This document shows positions 20,774-31,423 of a stretch of DNA of 35,130 bases, piece after piece. The notes beneath the pieces are model-generated. The model saw nothing but the letters and a program-made list of their open reading frames with translations. It did no database searches and was not told the DNA's origin. Numbering within the stretch: the stretch's first letter is position 1; the number at the start of each line of letters is the position of its first letter. A program made the translations under genes and the position numbers. The stretch lies in contig UYFQ01000839.1 of the NCBI GenBank assembly GCA_900617105.1, positions 186,001 through 221,130 of the forward strand, given 5' to 3'. The stretch comes from Hydrurus foetidus. Lineage: Eukaryota.

Positions 20774-20832
20774 GCCCTTCCAGGCACGCCGCATTTCGAG
20801 TGCGGTACATTCGACCACTCTGCCACCTCTCC
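20743..20832 (-). tRNA. tRNA-Ser (anticodon CGA)
   Basis: Reverse complement GGAGAGGTGGCAGAGTGGTCGAATG..CCGCA-CTCGAAA-TGCGG..long variable arm..GGTTCGAATCCC..CTCTCCGCCA, with encoded CCA. Confidence 0.97.
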
Positions 20833-21127
20833 AGGCGCCGTTTGTGAGCCCTTTTTGAGAGGGCCCGAGGTCGAGGGCGCGATACCTAGCGGTGTCGTCG
20901 CGGGAACGCAAGTCCCTGTCGCAGGCTTTCTCTCGCGGTCACGCCCTGGGGTGCAAAACCATCTGGGTGCAGCGGAAAACGCGATGGTCTTGTCCGTCGC
21001 TTCAGCGGTGACTGGCGCGTCCCAGACCGGGGTCTGACGACTGCGCCATTGGCCAGGCGTGCCTCGCGCCGAACATCGCGTTTGCGAACCGTTTGGCTGG
21101 CGATCCAGGCCCGACGCAAGTTCGTTT

Positions 21128-21973
21128 CTAAAAGGAACTGATATCGGTCGGCGGGAAGCGGCGGCCGTCTTCGCCCTCTGGCGGCAGCTTGCCGGAGCGG
21201 ATCGCCACGCGCAGGGCCTGGGCGGGATAGGGCGCCGGCGCCAGGGCCGCGTCGGCGGCGCCACGCAGGGCCGTGAAGGCGGCCATGTCGATGCCGTCCT
21301 GGAGCTGGACATTGTCGGCCCGCTGCTGGGCCACGGTGGTTGCGGCCCGGCCGGCGGCGTCTTCCCAGCCCGCCAGCAGGCGGGTGTCGTCTGGCAGCGA
21401 GAGAAAGCGGCGGGCGGCGGCGTACAGACCCTCGGCGTCGGCGCCGGGCAGGTCGCAGCGGCCCGAGCCCAGGTCGGGGGCCAGCAGGGCGTCGCCCGTG
21501 AAGACCACGTCGCCGATCTGATAGGCCACGGCGCCGGGCAGGCGACCGGTGACGGTGTGGGCGGTGATTTCCAGCCCGCCCATCGGCATGACTTCGCCGT
21601 CCTGGGCCAGTTTGTCGAAGTCCCAGCCTTCGAGGTCGACGCCGTCCTCGCCCATGGCCGGAGCCAGGCGCTTGAGGCTGTCGATTACCCCGGCTCCGAT
21701 ACAGATCGAGGCGCCGGTTTCATATTTCAGATGGCCGGCCGCCGACAGGTGGGTGGCGTGCAGGCCGGTTTCCAGGATCCAGGTCGGACCCATGTCGCGG
21801 GCGCGGATTTCCGCGATGATCCCATCGACGAAACGGGTGTCGGTGGCCTGCGTCTCCGGATCGAAATCCAGAACGGGATCGACGATCGCGCACAGCAATG
21901 TGGCTGGATCTACGACAAGATAGGTCACCGTACCCGTGGCGGGGTGATGGTGGGCGATGATTTCCGGCTGCAT
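21128..21973 (-). CDS. MBL-fold protein of the persulfide dioxygenase (ETHE1/Blh)-like group with degenerate metal-binding motifs
   Basis: TVTYLVVDP..AIVDPVLDFD, WILETGLHATH, FTGDALLAPDLGSGRCDLPG, TTVAQQRADN, FTALRGAADAAL. Confidence 0.8.
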   Translation of the reverse strand: MQPEIIAHHHPATGTVTYLVVDPATLLCAIVDPVLDFDPETQATDTRFVDGIIAEIRARDMGPTWILETGLHATHLSAAGHLKYETGASICIGAGVIDSLKRLAPAMGEDGVDLEGWDFDKLAQDGEVMPMGGLEITAHTVTGRLPGAVAYQIGDVVFTGDALLAPDLGSGRCDLPGADAEGLYAAARRFLSLPDDTRLLAGWEDAAGRAATTVAQQRADNVQLQDGIDMAAFTALRGAADAALAPAPYPAQALRVAIRSGKLPPEGEDGRRFPPTDISSF

Positions 21974-22163
21974 GCGAACGCCTGATAGATCCCGATAGGC
22001 AACCATGGCGCTAAGCTATTAAACATCCGCGAACGACGGGCGTTCGCAAGAAGATCGTTTCGGTGGGCCTGGGCGGGGCGAACGGCTCAGCGCTGTCCGT
22101 CGGGCGCGCAGGGACTGGCCTGGCCCCGCATCTGGCCCCGCATCTGGGTTGCCCAAAGCGGCT

Positions 22164-22787
22164 CTATATAACGATCTCCGGCGCGAAACGCCGGCGCAGC
22201 TCGTCGGGTGGGCTGCGGCGGTCGCCGCCGACGGCCAGGGAAACGGCCAGAGACTGCTGCTTTCCGCCGCGGCCCCAATAGCCCGGCCGGCCCAGGCCGA
22301 CGCCGTCGCCGTTCCAGCCGCCCCGGTCGTAGCCGCCATAGCCATAGTCGTCATAGGGATGGAAGACGGCGTTGTTGCCGTGATCGGTCTGGGAATAGGC
22401 CAGGCCCAGGGTCGAGGTTTCGCCGATCGGGATCAGGGTCGAGACATAGGCGCTGCGATAGCCGCCGGTGCCGACCGTGACGCCGGCCGAGCCGTGGATC
22501 TTGCGCCCGGTCTCTTCGTCGCTCCGTCCAAGCCCGACCAGGCCGTCGCGGCCTTCGAGCGCCGGGGAGGTCGCCAGGAACGCGGCGATCTGCTCGTCGG
22601 TGGTCAGGATGCGGGGCGGGGGCGCGGTGACGGCGGGCGCGTTCTGCGCATCTGCCGCGGTTCTGGCGTCGAGGCGGTGGGCGGCGGTCGAGACGACTTC
22701 GTCCTCGCCGGCGACCGTCTGGGCCAGGGCGGGTCCGGCTAGGGCAAGGCCGGCCAGCAGAACGAGCAGGGGTCGCATCGAGGTCAT
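22164..22787 (-). CDS. Secreted hypothetical protein
   Basis: Signal peptide (RPLLVLLAGLALAGPALAQ), LTTDEQIAAFL, beta-strand-like IHGSAGVTVGTGGYRSAY, Gly/Tyr-rich tail. Confidence 0.7.
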   Translation of the reverse strand: MTSMRPLLVLLAGLALAGPALAQTVAGEDEVVSTAAHRLDARTAADAQNAPAVTAPPPRILTTDEQIAAFLATSPALEGRDGLVGLGRSDEETGRKIHGSAGVTVGTGGYRSAYVSTLIPIGETSTLGLAYSQTDHGNNAVFHPYDDYGYGGYDRGGWNGDGVGLGRPGYWGRGGKQQSLAVSLAVGGDRRSPPDELRRRFAPEIVI

Positions 22788-22881
22788 GAGGCCTTCCGGA
22801 AAGCGGCGGTCTGTAGGCTGTAGGCCGCTCCGTCAGCGGAATTAGGGCGCGTTTGTAACGCGACCGCAAGAGACGGTTGTC

Positions 22882-23895
22882 TCAGAGCGCCTTAAGGCCC
22901 GCCTCCAGCGCCGCCATGTCGGCGGGCAGGGCGGTCTCGAAGCGCAGGGTCTCGCCGGTGATCGGATGCACAAATCCCAGTACGGCGGCGTGCAGGGCCT
23001 GGCGCTGGAAACCGATCTCTTCGATCACGGCCTTCACGCCGGCCGCCGGCGGTCCGCCGCCATAGACCGGGTCGCCCAGGCAGGGCGCGACCTTGCTGGC
23101 CAGGTGGACGCGGATCTGGTGGGTGCGGCCGGTCTCCAGCCGGCAGGCCACGCGCGCCGCCACCGGCTTGTCGGCCGGGCCAAAGGCTTCCTCGACGCGG
23201 TAGTGGGTGATGGCCTCGCGGCCGCCGCTCTTGAGGATCGCCATCTTCTTGCGGTCGTGCGGCGAGCGACCCAGCTGGGTCTGGATCGTGCCGTGGGCCG
23301 GATAGGGCGCGCCGCGGGTCAGGGCGATATAGAGACGATCGATGTCGTGGGTGGAAAACAGCGCCGACAGGCCTGGTGAAGCGGCGTCGGTCTTGGCCGC
23401 CCATGACGCCGGAGGTTTCCTTGTCCAGCCGGTGGACGATGCCGGGCCGCGCGACCCCGCCGACACCCGACAGGCTGCCCCGGCAATGGTGCAGCAGGGC
23501 GTGGACCAGGGTGCCGGTATAGTTGCCGGGGGCCGGGTGGGCGGCCATGCCGGCCGGCTTGTCGACGACAATCAGGTGGGCGTCCTCGTAGAGGACGCTC
23601 AACGGAATGTCCTCGGGCGAGGGTTCGGCGGCGATCGGGGCCGGGATCTGCAGCTGATAGAGGCCAGGGCGGGCCTTTTGCGAGCCGTCGGTCACCACCC
23701 GGCCCTCCAGGCTGAGCCGGCCGTCGGCGATCAGCGCCTGCGCGCGCGCGACAGGCTCTCGAATCGCGTCGCCAGAATCTTGTCCAGGCGTTCCCCAGCG
23801 TCATCCGCCGTGAGCGCAACCTCAAGCCTGGCCTCGGTTTGTGGCGCCTGGGCCTCTATCTCGATGTCGTCTGTATCGTCGTCCAGCGGGCTCAA
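22882..23895 (-). CDS. rluD: RluA-family 23S rRNA pseudouridine synthase RluD; frameshifts (~23735, ~23400); start uncertain (23895 or 23919)
   Basis: S4 domain GERLDKILA..LSRAR, VVDKPAGM, RPGIVHRLDKETSG, LETGRTHQIRVH, GDPVYG, RQALHA..LGFVHP. Confidence 0.9.
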
Positions 23896-23899
23896 GGGT

Positions 23900-23939
23900 G
23901 TTTCATCGCTCCGTCGCAATCTCGTCGCGCATCCGACAC
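23900..23939 (+). promoter_or_regulatory. Tandem degenerate Pho-box-like half sites upstream of the second TonB receptor
   Basis: GTTTCAT/CCGTCGC/TCGTCGC/CCGACAC at 23900, 23911, 23922, 23933 (exact 11-bp period). Confidence 0.4.
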
Positions 23940-23995
23940 GAGCGGCGCCTATCCGCCGGGAACTTAGTCCAGCTTACCGTCGAAGGGGATAATCG

Positions 23996-26347
23996 ATGCG
24001 CGCGATCCACACCACCTTGCTGATGTCCGCCACCAGTGTTCTGGCGCTTAGCGTCGCTACCATGGCCATCGCCGCCGACGTCGATGCGCCGGCTGACGCC
24101 GCTCAGGTCGAGCAGGTCGTCGTCACCGCCCAGAAGCGCGAGCAGAAGGCCATGGACGTGCCGGTCTCGCTGACCGCCTATTCGGGCTCGACGCTCGAGA
24201 TGCTGGGCGTTCAGGAGTTCGAGGAGCTGTCGCTGTTCGTTCCCGGCTTCGAGGTCCAGAACCAGTCGCCCAACAATCCGGGCTTCGTGATGCGCGGCAT
24301 CACCTCCGACTCCGGTGAAGCCACCAACGAACCCCGCGTTTCGGTCTATCAGGACGGCGTCTCGATCTCGAAGTCGCGCGGCTCCTATGTCGAGCTGTTC
24401 GACCTGGAGCGCGTCGAAGTGGCCAAGGGCCCGCAATCGACCCTCTATGGTCGCGGCGCGCTGATCGGCGCTGTCAATGTCATCCAGGCCAAGGCCCGTC
24501 CGGGCTATGCCGCCTCGGCGCGTTTCGAGGGCGGCAACTTCGGCTACATGATGGCCGAGGGCATGTTCAACGCTCCGGTCACCGACACCCTGTCGATCCG
24601 TGTCGCCGGCCGCATCAAGCACCGCGACGGCTATGTGAAGAACCTGCTGGTTGGCGAGGACTTCAACTCCACCCAGACCACGGCGGTGCGCGTTGCGCTG
24701 AACTGGCGCCCGACCGAGCGTTTCGACGCCGACCTGCTGGTCAACTATCAGTCCGACAGCCCGTCGGGCACCTCGTTCAAGTCGCTGACCTATCTGCCGA
24801 CCGACCCGACCACCGGTGCGGTGCTGGGTAATCTGGATCGCAATTCCGGCGCCGCCCTGGCCACTGTGGCCGGCTTCGAGAACGACCAGCCCCTGGGCCT
24901 CGAGCGCGACGTGTTCAGCGTCACCGGCCTGGCCAACTACAAGATCAATGACGCCCTCTCGCTGGCCTCGACGACCGCCTTCCGCCGCTTTGCGGGCGAA
25001 GAGATCTTCGACGCCGACGGCTTCTCGCTGCCGCTGTTCACCTTCGCTGAAGACGCCCAGGGCAAGTCGGCCAGCCAGGACCTGCGCCTGAACTACGACG
25101 CCGGCGGTTCGGTCACCGCCTTTGGCGGGCTCAGCTATTTCTGGGAAGACGGCAGCCAGCGCGTGCCGCTGCTGTTCAACGAGCGGGTGTTCGCCGCCCG
25201 CGCCAGCGCGATCCCGGGCTTTGTGCGTCCCAACGTCGCCGGCCTGGCCTTCATCAACGCGATCCCGGCCTTTGGGCCGCTCAAGAGCCAGCACCTGGAA
25301 ACCTTCACCAACTACGGCAAGACCAAGTCGTATGACGCCTATGGCGATGTGACCTGGAAGGCGACCGACAAGCTCGAACTGGCCGCCGGCCTGCGCTACA
25401 CCTATGACGACAAGGAAAGCGGCTACGGCGTCGTCCTGGGCAATGGCGGCTCGGTCCTGGGCGGCAGCACGCCGACCACGCCGCGCGGCCTGTTCGTGCA
25501 GCCCACCACCGGCGGGCAGCCGCAATACAAGAGCTTCACCGACAACGGCATCACCTACCGCGTCGTCGGCCGCTACGCCGTTACCCCTGACGCCAACCTC
25601 TATGCTTCGGTCGCCACCGGCCGTCGTCCCAAGGTGCTGTCGGGTGGTGGCCCGGCCGTCCCGGGCGGCCCGGCGCGCTTCACCGCTGTGCCGGCCGAGG
25701 AGGTCATTTCCTACGAGATCGGCTCCAAGGTCGCCCTGCTGGATCGCCGCCTGACCCTGGAAGGCGCGGTCTATCGCTATGACTACGAAAACTTCCAGAC
25801 CTCGATCCGCAACTCGGCCGGGCAGATCGTCACGACCAATGCCGGCGAGGCCTCAGCGACCGGCTTCGAGGGGCAGGCGACCTTCCAGGTGACGGCCAAT
25901 GCGACGGTGTTTGGCACCTACGCCCACAGCGAAGCGCGTTTTGGCAACGGTCTGTTCAAGGACAACAGCTTCCGCCTGTCGCCCGATGACAGCTTCTCGC
26001 TGGGCGCCAATCTGGCGTTCGATGCCCCGATGGGCCGCTTCACCATCACCCCGACCTACACCTGGCAGTCGGAAGTGTTCTTCGACAACAACAACGACCG
26101 TGCGGTTCTGCAAACCACGGGCGACGTCATTCAGGACGAGAAGCAGAAGGCCTACGGCCTGATGAACCTGCGCATCGGCTATCAGCCCAGCAAGGACAGC
26201 GCCATCAAGATCGAGGCGTTCGCGACCAACCTGCTCGAGCAGGACTACATCAAGGACGCCGGCAACACCGGCGACTCCTTCGGCATCCCCACCTTCATCG
26301 CCGGCGAGCCGCGCTTTGTGGGCGTGGCGCTGTCGATCAAGCGTTAG
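23996..26347 (+). CDS. TonB-dependent receptor
   Basis: Signal peptide, [37 protein letters not shown]-terminal [14 protein letters not shown]. Intact 783 aa. Confidence 0.95.
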   Translation: MRAIHTTLLMSATSVLALSVATMAIAADVDAPADAAQVEQVVVTAQKREQKAMDVPVSLTAYSGSTLEMLGVQEFEELSLFVPGFEVQNQSPNNPGFVMRGITSDSGEATNEPRVSVYQDGVSISKSRGSYVELFDLERVEVAKGPQSTLYGRGALIGAVNVIQAKARPGYAASARFEGGNFGYMMAEGMFNAPVTDTLSIRVAGRIKHRDGYVKNLLVGEDFNSTQTTAVRVALNWRPTERFDADLLVNYQSDSPSGTSFKSLTYLPTDPTTGAVLGNLDRNSGAALATVAGFENDQPLGLERDVFSVTGLANYKINDALSLASTTAFRRFAGEEIFDADGFSLPLFTFAEDAQGKSASQDLRLNYDAGGSVTAFGGLSYFWEDGSQRVPLLFNERVFAARASAIPGFVRPNVAGLAFINAIPAFGPLKSQHLETFTNYGKTKSYDAYGDVTWKATDKLELAAGLRYTYDDKESGYGVVLGNGGSVLGGSTPTTPRGLFVQPTTGGQPQYKSFTDNGITYRVVGRYAVTPDANLYASVATGRRPKVLSGGGPAVPGGPARFTAVPAEEVISYEIGSKVALLDRRLTLEGAVYRYDYENFQTSIRNSAGQIVTTNAGEASATGFEGQATFQVTANATVFGTYAHSEARFGNGLFKDNSFRLSPDDSFSLGANLAFDAPMGRFTITPTYTWQSEVFFDNNNDRAVLQTTGDVIQDEKQKAYGLMNLRIGYQPSKDSAIKIEAFATNLLEQDYIKDAGNTGDSFGIPTFIAGEPRFVGVALSIKR

Positions 26348-26356
26348 ACAATGATA

Positions 26357-26390
26357 TCCGCTCTGCCTGGCCTTGGCCGGGCAGAGCGGA
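26357..26390. terminator. Hairpin between convergent genes (probable bidirectional terminator)
   Basis: TCCGCTCTGCCTGGCC-TT-GGCCGGGCAGAGCGGA inverted repeat. Confidence 0.7.
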
Positions 26391-26401
26391 ATTCCTGACG
26401 T

Positions 26402-26710
26402 CTATTTCCCGACCGCCTCTTCCTCATGGCCGGCGATCGAGCCGTCCTTGAACAGGTACTTGCGCAGCTGTTCCTCGGTCTCCGGATCGTCGCGGCGCAG
26501 CCATTCCAGCACCATGGCGGCGTGTTCCAGCTCCTCGCGCGCATTGTGCAGCAGGATCTTCTTCAGCTCGACGTCGTCGCAGTCATCTGCGCGCTGACGA
26601 TACCAGTCCACCGCCTCGAACTCCTCGATCAGCGAGGTGATGGCGTAGTGGCGGTTGAGGGTCTTGCGGCTGAGTTTCTCACGTGGAACGTGAAGGCCTT
26701 CGCTGGACAT
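26402..26710 (-). CDS. Encapsulin-associated ferritin-like protein (EncFtn family)
   Basis: SLIEEFEAVDWY.QR, LLHNAREELEHAAM.LEWLRR, LRKYLF match the EncFtn ferroxidase signature. Confidence 0.88.
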   Translation of the reverse strand: MSSEGLHVPREKLSRKTLNRHYAITSLIEEFEAVDWYRQRADDCDDVELKKILLHNAREELEHAAMVLEWLRRDDPETEEQLRKYLFKDGSIAGHEEEAVGK

Positions 26711-26787
26711 GCGTCATCTTCCTGTTGTGCTGTGGCGCTAACGCACGAGACGCCCAAGCGGCGCCGTGGACCCAGGAAAGAAATCCC

Positions 26788-28490
26788 ATGAAGATCGATC
26801 GTCGCAGGGCTCTCGCCTTTCTCGGCCTGGGTGGCGCCGCCGGCGCCGGCAGCGGTGTTTCCGCGCAGGGGCTGAACCTCCATACCGGCGCGGTTGCGTT
26901 CGAGCACGGCGTCGCCAGCGGCGATCCTGGCCAGGCCCGTGTCGTTCTCTGGACCCGCGTCACGCTCAAGGCTCCTTCTGACGGTGATGTCATGGTTGAG
27001 CTGCAGGTGGCGGCTGACCCGGACTTCAAGACCCAGCTCCAGACCCGCAAGGGTCTGAAGGCCAGAGCCAGCACCGACTGGACGGTCAAGCATGACCTGG
27101 ATGGCCAGGGCCTCAAGCCGGGCACGGACTACTGGTATCGTTTTGTGGCCAATGGCGTGACTTCGCCGACCGGCCGCACCCGCACCCTGCCGGTCGGGGC
27201 GACCAAGGATGTGGTCTTGGCTGTGGCCTCGTGCTCGCTCTATTCGAACGGCTATTTCAACGCCTACGACGCGATCGCGAAACTGCCGCGCGTCGACGCC
27301 GTGCTGCATCTGGGCGACTATATCTACGAGTATGGCGGCGCGCCCGCCGACTACGGCATGAACTCGCCGGTCGCCGCCCAGCGGATGCCCGACCCGCTGC
27401 ACGAGATCGTCACCCTGGACGACTATCGCCGCCGTCACGCCCGCTACAAGTCCGACCCCCATCTGCAGGCCGCCCATGCGCGCGCGCCGTGGATCGTGGT
27501 CTGGGACGATCACGAGACCGCCAATGACAGCTGGCAGGGCGGGGCCCAGAACCATGATCCGGACAAGGGTGAAGGCGACTGGGCCGCACGCAAGGCCGCC
27601 GCCCTGAAGGCCTATTACGAGTGGATGCCGATCCGCGAGCCGGCCGCCGGCGCCCTGCCGGAGGCCAGCTGGCGCGGGTTCCAGTTCGGTGATGTGGCCA
27701 CCCTGCTGATGACCGAGACGCGCCTGACCGCCCGGTCCGAGCAGCTGGACTACGCCACCGACTTGCCGGTGGTCGACGGCAAGCCCGACGTGGCCGCCTT
27801 CTCGGCCAAGTGGAAGGATCCGGCCCGCCGCCTGGTGGGCGAGGCCCAGGGCCAGTGGCTGGCCGGGCAGGTCGCAGCCTCGGTCAAGGCCGGCAGCGCC
27901 TGGCAGGTGCTGGGCAATCAGGTGGTCATGGCCCGCGTCGCCGGCCCCAACCTGCAGACCCTGCTGGGCGACCGGTTCCAGCCCATGCTGGCCAAGATGG
28001 CGCCCTATGTCCGCGAGCGCATCCAGCAGGGCGTGGCGCTGTCGGCCCTGGGCCTGCCCTACAATCTCGACGCCTGGGACGGCTATCCGGCCGATCGCGA
28101 GCGCCTGTACGACCTGTTCAAGAGCGCCGGGGCCCATCCGATCGTGCTGTCGGGCGACAGCCATTCGTTCTGGGCCAATGAGCTGTTCGATGAGACCGGC
28201 GCCAAGCGGGTGGCCGTCGAGTTCAGGGCCACCGGATCACCTCGCCGGGCTATGGCGACATCCTGCCCGGCGTGCCGCTGGGTCAGGCCTTCGCGGCGCG
28301 GAACACCGAGGTCAAGTTCGCCGATCCGGGCAAGGGCTTCGTGCTGCTGACCCTGGAGCACGGCAGGGCGACCGGCGAGATGATCGCCGTCTCGACCATC
28401 GTCGAGCCGACCTACACGACCCGGGTGCTCAAGCGCTTCGTCGTCACGCCGACCCAGGGCGGCGGCGTCGAGGCTCTGGCGGAAGGCTAG
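26788..28490 (+). CDS. phoD: Alkaline phosphatase D, Tat-exported; frameshift near 28235
   Basis: Tat signal IDRRRALAFL, FEHGVASGDP, LHLGDYIYEYG, WDDHETAND, DAWDGY, LSGDSHSFWA. The tail is in ORF 28272..28490. Confidence 0.93.
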
Positions 28491-28493
28491 GGC

Positions 28494-29120
28494 CTAGCGC
28501 CGTTCCAGCGCCAGCCGCAGGCCAAAGGCGATGAAAACGCCGCCGGTGATCCGGTCCAGTCCCCGGATCACCGAGGCCTCGCGCAGCAGGCCGGCCAGGG
28601 GCGCGGTGGCGGCGATCAGCAGTCCGGCCCAGATCAGGCCCATGACCACGTGCAGCCCCGCCAGCAGCACGCCGAAGGTGGCGGGATTTGCGCCGGTCGG
28701 CACGAACTGCGGCAGGAACGAGATATAGAACACTCCGACCTTGGGATTGAGCAGGTTGGTCAGCAGGCCCCGCCGCAGCGAGGCCATCGCGCCGCCGCCG
28801 GTCGGGGCGATAGCGCCGGGCTCGAAGGCGTCGCGAGGCTTGAGGATCATCCTGATCCCGATCCAGACCAGATAGGCCGCGCCGGCCCATTTCAGGGCGG
28901 TATAGGCGAGCTCGGACGCGGTCAGCAGGGCCCCGGCGCCGCAGGCAGCCGCCACGCCCCAGACCAGGCAGCCGATCCCGATGCCCAGCGCCGCCGCGAA
29001 GGCCCGGCGCGGACCCTCGGTGGCGGCGGTGCGCAGCACCAGGGCGGTGTCGAGGCCCGGCGTGATGGTCAGCAGAAAGGCGGCGAGGCTGAAGGCGAGC
29101 AGGGCCTGCAGTATGGTCAT
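28494..29120 (-). CDS. LysE/RhtB family translocator
   Basis: [43 protein letters not shown]. Confidence 0.92.
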   Translation of the reverse strand: MTILQALLAFSLAAFLLTITPGLDTALVLRTAATEGPRRAFAAALGIGIGCLVWGVAAACGAGALLTASELAYTALKWAGAAYLVWIGIRMILKPRDAFEPGAIAPTGGGAMASLRRGLLTNLLNPKVGVFYISFLPQFVPTGANPATFGVLLAGLHVVMGLIWAGLLIAATAPLAGLLREASVIRGLDRITGGVFIAFGLRLALERR

Positions 29121-29527
29121 GCGATCTCGTCTTCCCGCTCGACCAGCCGGCCGTCTTCCATCACCCGATAGAAGCACGAGCGGAAGCCGACGTGGCAGGC
29201 GCCGCCATCGCCCTGCGGCCGAACCTTGATCAGCACCGCGTCCTGGTCGCAGTCGACGCGCAGTTCGCTGACGATCTGCAGCTGGCCGCTGGTCTCGCCC
29301 TTTTTCCAGAGTTCGCCGCGCGAGCGGCTGAAATAGTGGGCGATCCCGGTGTCGACGGTCAGCTTCAAGGCTTCGTCGTTCATCCAGGCCAGCATCAGGA
29401 TCTCGCCGGTGTCAGCGTGCTGGGCGATGGCGACCACCAGGCCGTCGGCGTTGAAGCGCGGGGCCAGCTGATCGCCCCGCTCCAGGGCGTGCTTGTCATG
29501 AGCGTGTGGGAAGAGGGGCGCTGTCAT
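29117..29527 (-). CDS. hisI: Phosphoribosyl-AMP cyclohydrolase
   Basis: [41 protein letters not shown]. Confidence 0.95.
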   Translation of the reverse strand: MTAPLFPHAHDKHALERGDQLAPRFNADGLVVAIAQHADTGEILMLAWMNDEALKLTVDTGIAHYFSRSRGELWKKGETSGQLQIVSELRVDCDQDAVLIKVRPQGDGGACHVGFRSCFYRVMEDGRLVEREDEIA

Positions 29528-29584
29528 GCGCCCCATATGGCGCCGACGGGCCTCGCTGGGCTAGCCTCGCGCGACGGAGAATCG

Positions 29585-30464
29585 ATGAACCTCAAGGATC
29601 GCATCAAGGCGCAGGTCGCCGCGCTGGACGTTCTGGCCCGGCCCTGGGCGGGGCGGTCGCGCTGGCACGGCTATGCCTATGAGTTTCTGCTGTTTGGGCT
29701 CAAGCAGGCCTGGGCCTGCCTGTTTGGCGGCCTGATGCTGGCCCTGCTGGTGGGCACCTTCCTGTTCTGGCCCAGGGATGCGGGCCTGGCCCGCTATGAT
29801 GTCCTCGTCATCGCCTCGCTGGCCATCCAGGCCGCGCTGCTGGCCCTGAAGCTGGAGCGCTGGGATGAGGCGCTGGTGATCTTTCTGTTCCATCTGGTCG
29901 GCACGGTGATGGAGATCTTCAAGACCGCCCACGGCTCGTGGATCTATCCCGAGCCCAGCCTGCTGCGGATCGGCGGCGTGCCGCTGTTCACCGGCTTCAT
30001 GTACGCCTGCGTCGGCAGCTATATCGCCCGGATCTGGCGACTGTTCGACATCACCTTCATCCGCTATCCGCCGTTCTGGAGCACCTGGATCCTGGCGGGC
30101 CTGGCCTATCTCAACTTCTTCAGCCACCACTACGGGCCCGATATCCGCATCGGGCTGTTCGCCCTGTCGGCGGTGCTGTTCGGGCGCTGCTGGTTTGTCT
30201 TCACCCCCGACCAGACGCCGCGCCGCATGCCGATGATCGTGGGCCTGCTGCTGGTGTCGCTGTTCATCTGGATCGCCGAGAACCTCGGCACGGCCGCTGG
30301 CGCGTGGATCTATCAGCCAGCAGGACGGCTGGACGATGGTCGGGATCGAGAAGATGAAGCCTGGTACCTGCTGATGCTGATCAGCTTCGTGCTGGTCTCT
30401 GGTCCACCGGCCTGTGGATGCCTGCGTGGCGAAGATCCGCGAGGGGATCAGGGCGGCGGCTTGA
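29585..30464 (+). CDS. DUF817 membrane protein; frameshifts near the 3' end
   Basis: FGLKQAWACLFGG, FHLVGTVMEIFKT..GSWIYPE, PLFTGFMYACVGSY, FIWIAENLGT. Likely stop TGA 30462-30464. Confidence 0.82.
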
Positions 30465-30475
30465 GACGGCCAGGG

Positions 30476-30580
30476 CCTCCCCCTGAAGGGGGAGGCGGCC
30501 GAAGGCCGGTGGGGGAAGACCGCAATGCCTCGGCCAGCACTTCCCCCTCCGTCGGCTTCGCCGACACCTCTGGGGGAGGA
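30476..30580. repeat. Alphaproteobacterial intergenic palindromic repeat (CIR/REP-like)
   Basis: CTCCCCCT-GA-AGGGGGAG, CGGCC-GAA-GGCCG, GTCGGC-TTC-GCCGAC and terminal GGGGGAGG nested hairpins between convergent genes. Confidence 0.65.
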
Positions 30581-30590
30581 TTTGCCGAAA

Positions 30591-31229
30591 CTACTTTCGC
30601 ACCACCAGATCCATGAACCGCTGCTGCAGGACCTTGTCGGTCCTGAACACGCCGCGGAACTGGGTGGTGATGGTCGAGACATCGTGGTGGTGGACGCCGC
30701 GGGTGCTCATGCACTGGTGCTCGGCGTCGATCAGCACGGCGACGCCGGCCGCGCTGAGGTGGTCCTCGATGGCGTCGGCCACCTGCATGGTCATGGTCTC
30801 CTGGGTCTGGAGACGCTTGGCGTAGATCTCGACCAGACGCGCCAGCTTGGAGAGCCCCACCACCTTGCCGGTCGGCATGTAGGCCACCCAGGCCTTGCCC
30901 AGGAACGGGGCCATGTGGTGCTCGCAATGGCTCTGCACGTCGATGCCACGCAGCATGACCATGTCGTCATAGCCCTGCACGTCCTCGAAGGTGCGGCTCA
31001 GCTCCTTGGCCGGGTCGCCTTCATAGCCGGCGAACCATTCGCCGTAGGCGTCGACCACCCGCTGGGGCGTATCGAGCAGGCCTTCGCGGTCGGGATTGTC
31101 GCCGGCCCAGGCCAGCAGGGTCCGGACGGCGGCCATGGCCTCGTCACGGGTGGGGCGCTGGGCGGTTTCAAGATCAAGAGCGGCGTTTTCTTGGCCGGTC
31201 AGGGTTCGCGCGCTGGTCAGGGCGTCCAT
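30591..31229 (-). CDS. folE: GTP cyclohydrolase I
   Basis: REGLLDTP.RV, SHCEHHMAPF, VGLSKLAR, RLQTQE, AEHQCMSTRGV. Confidence 0.95.
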   Translation of the reverse strand: MDALTSARTLTGQENAALDLETAQRPTRDEAMAAVRTLLAWAGDNPDREGLLDTPQRVVDAYGEWFAGYEGDPAKELSRTFEDVQGYDDMVMLRGIDVQSHCEHHMAPFLGKAWVAYMPTGKVVGLSKLARLVEIYAKRLQTQETMTMQVADAIEDHLSAAGVAVLIDAEHQCMSTRGVHHHDVSTITTQFRGVFRTDKVLQQRFMDLVVRK

Positions 31230-31423
31230 GATTTGAGAGGGTCTTTCCACGGGCTGAGTTGCGCCAGGACGCCTCTCGTCCTGGAATGACGCGTGCCACC
31301 CGTTTCACAGCTACGGCCGGACCCGTCGAAAAGATGACGTGTCGTCGGCGTGTCCAGTAGCTATATGGGACCCTCCCGGCCCTCCGCAACACCCTCCCGC
31401 TACGTCAGGCAGACGCGTTTCCC

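Noticed and set aside
20491..20847. 118-aa ORF after the orphan operator
   Set aside because: Overlaps the tRNA antisense, has no RBS and shows no recognisable domain.
22121..22147. Tandem TGGCCCCGCATC direct repeat
   Set aside because: Only two copies with no spacer. Not CRISPR-like and no evident function.
22320..22365. Tyr/Asp-rich stretch PYDDYGYGGYD as a tyrosine-sulfation substrate
   Set aside because: The gene lies outside the regulated block and has no operator. Low-complexity composition explains the motif.
26711..26728. GCGTCAT-N4-CTGTTGT as a Pho box for phoD
   Set aside because: The second half site is too degenerate to call by eye.
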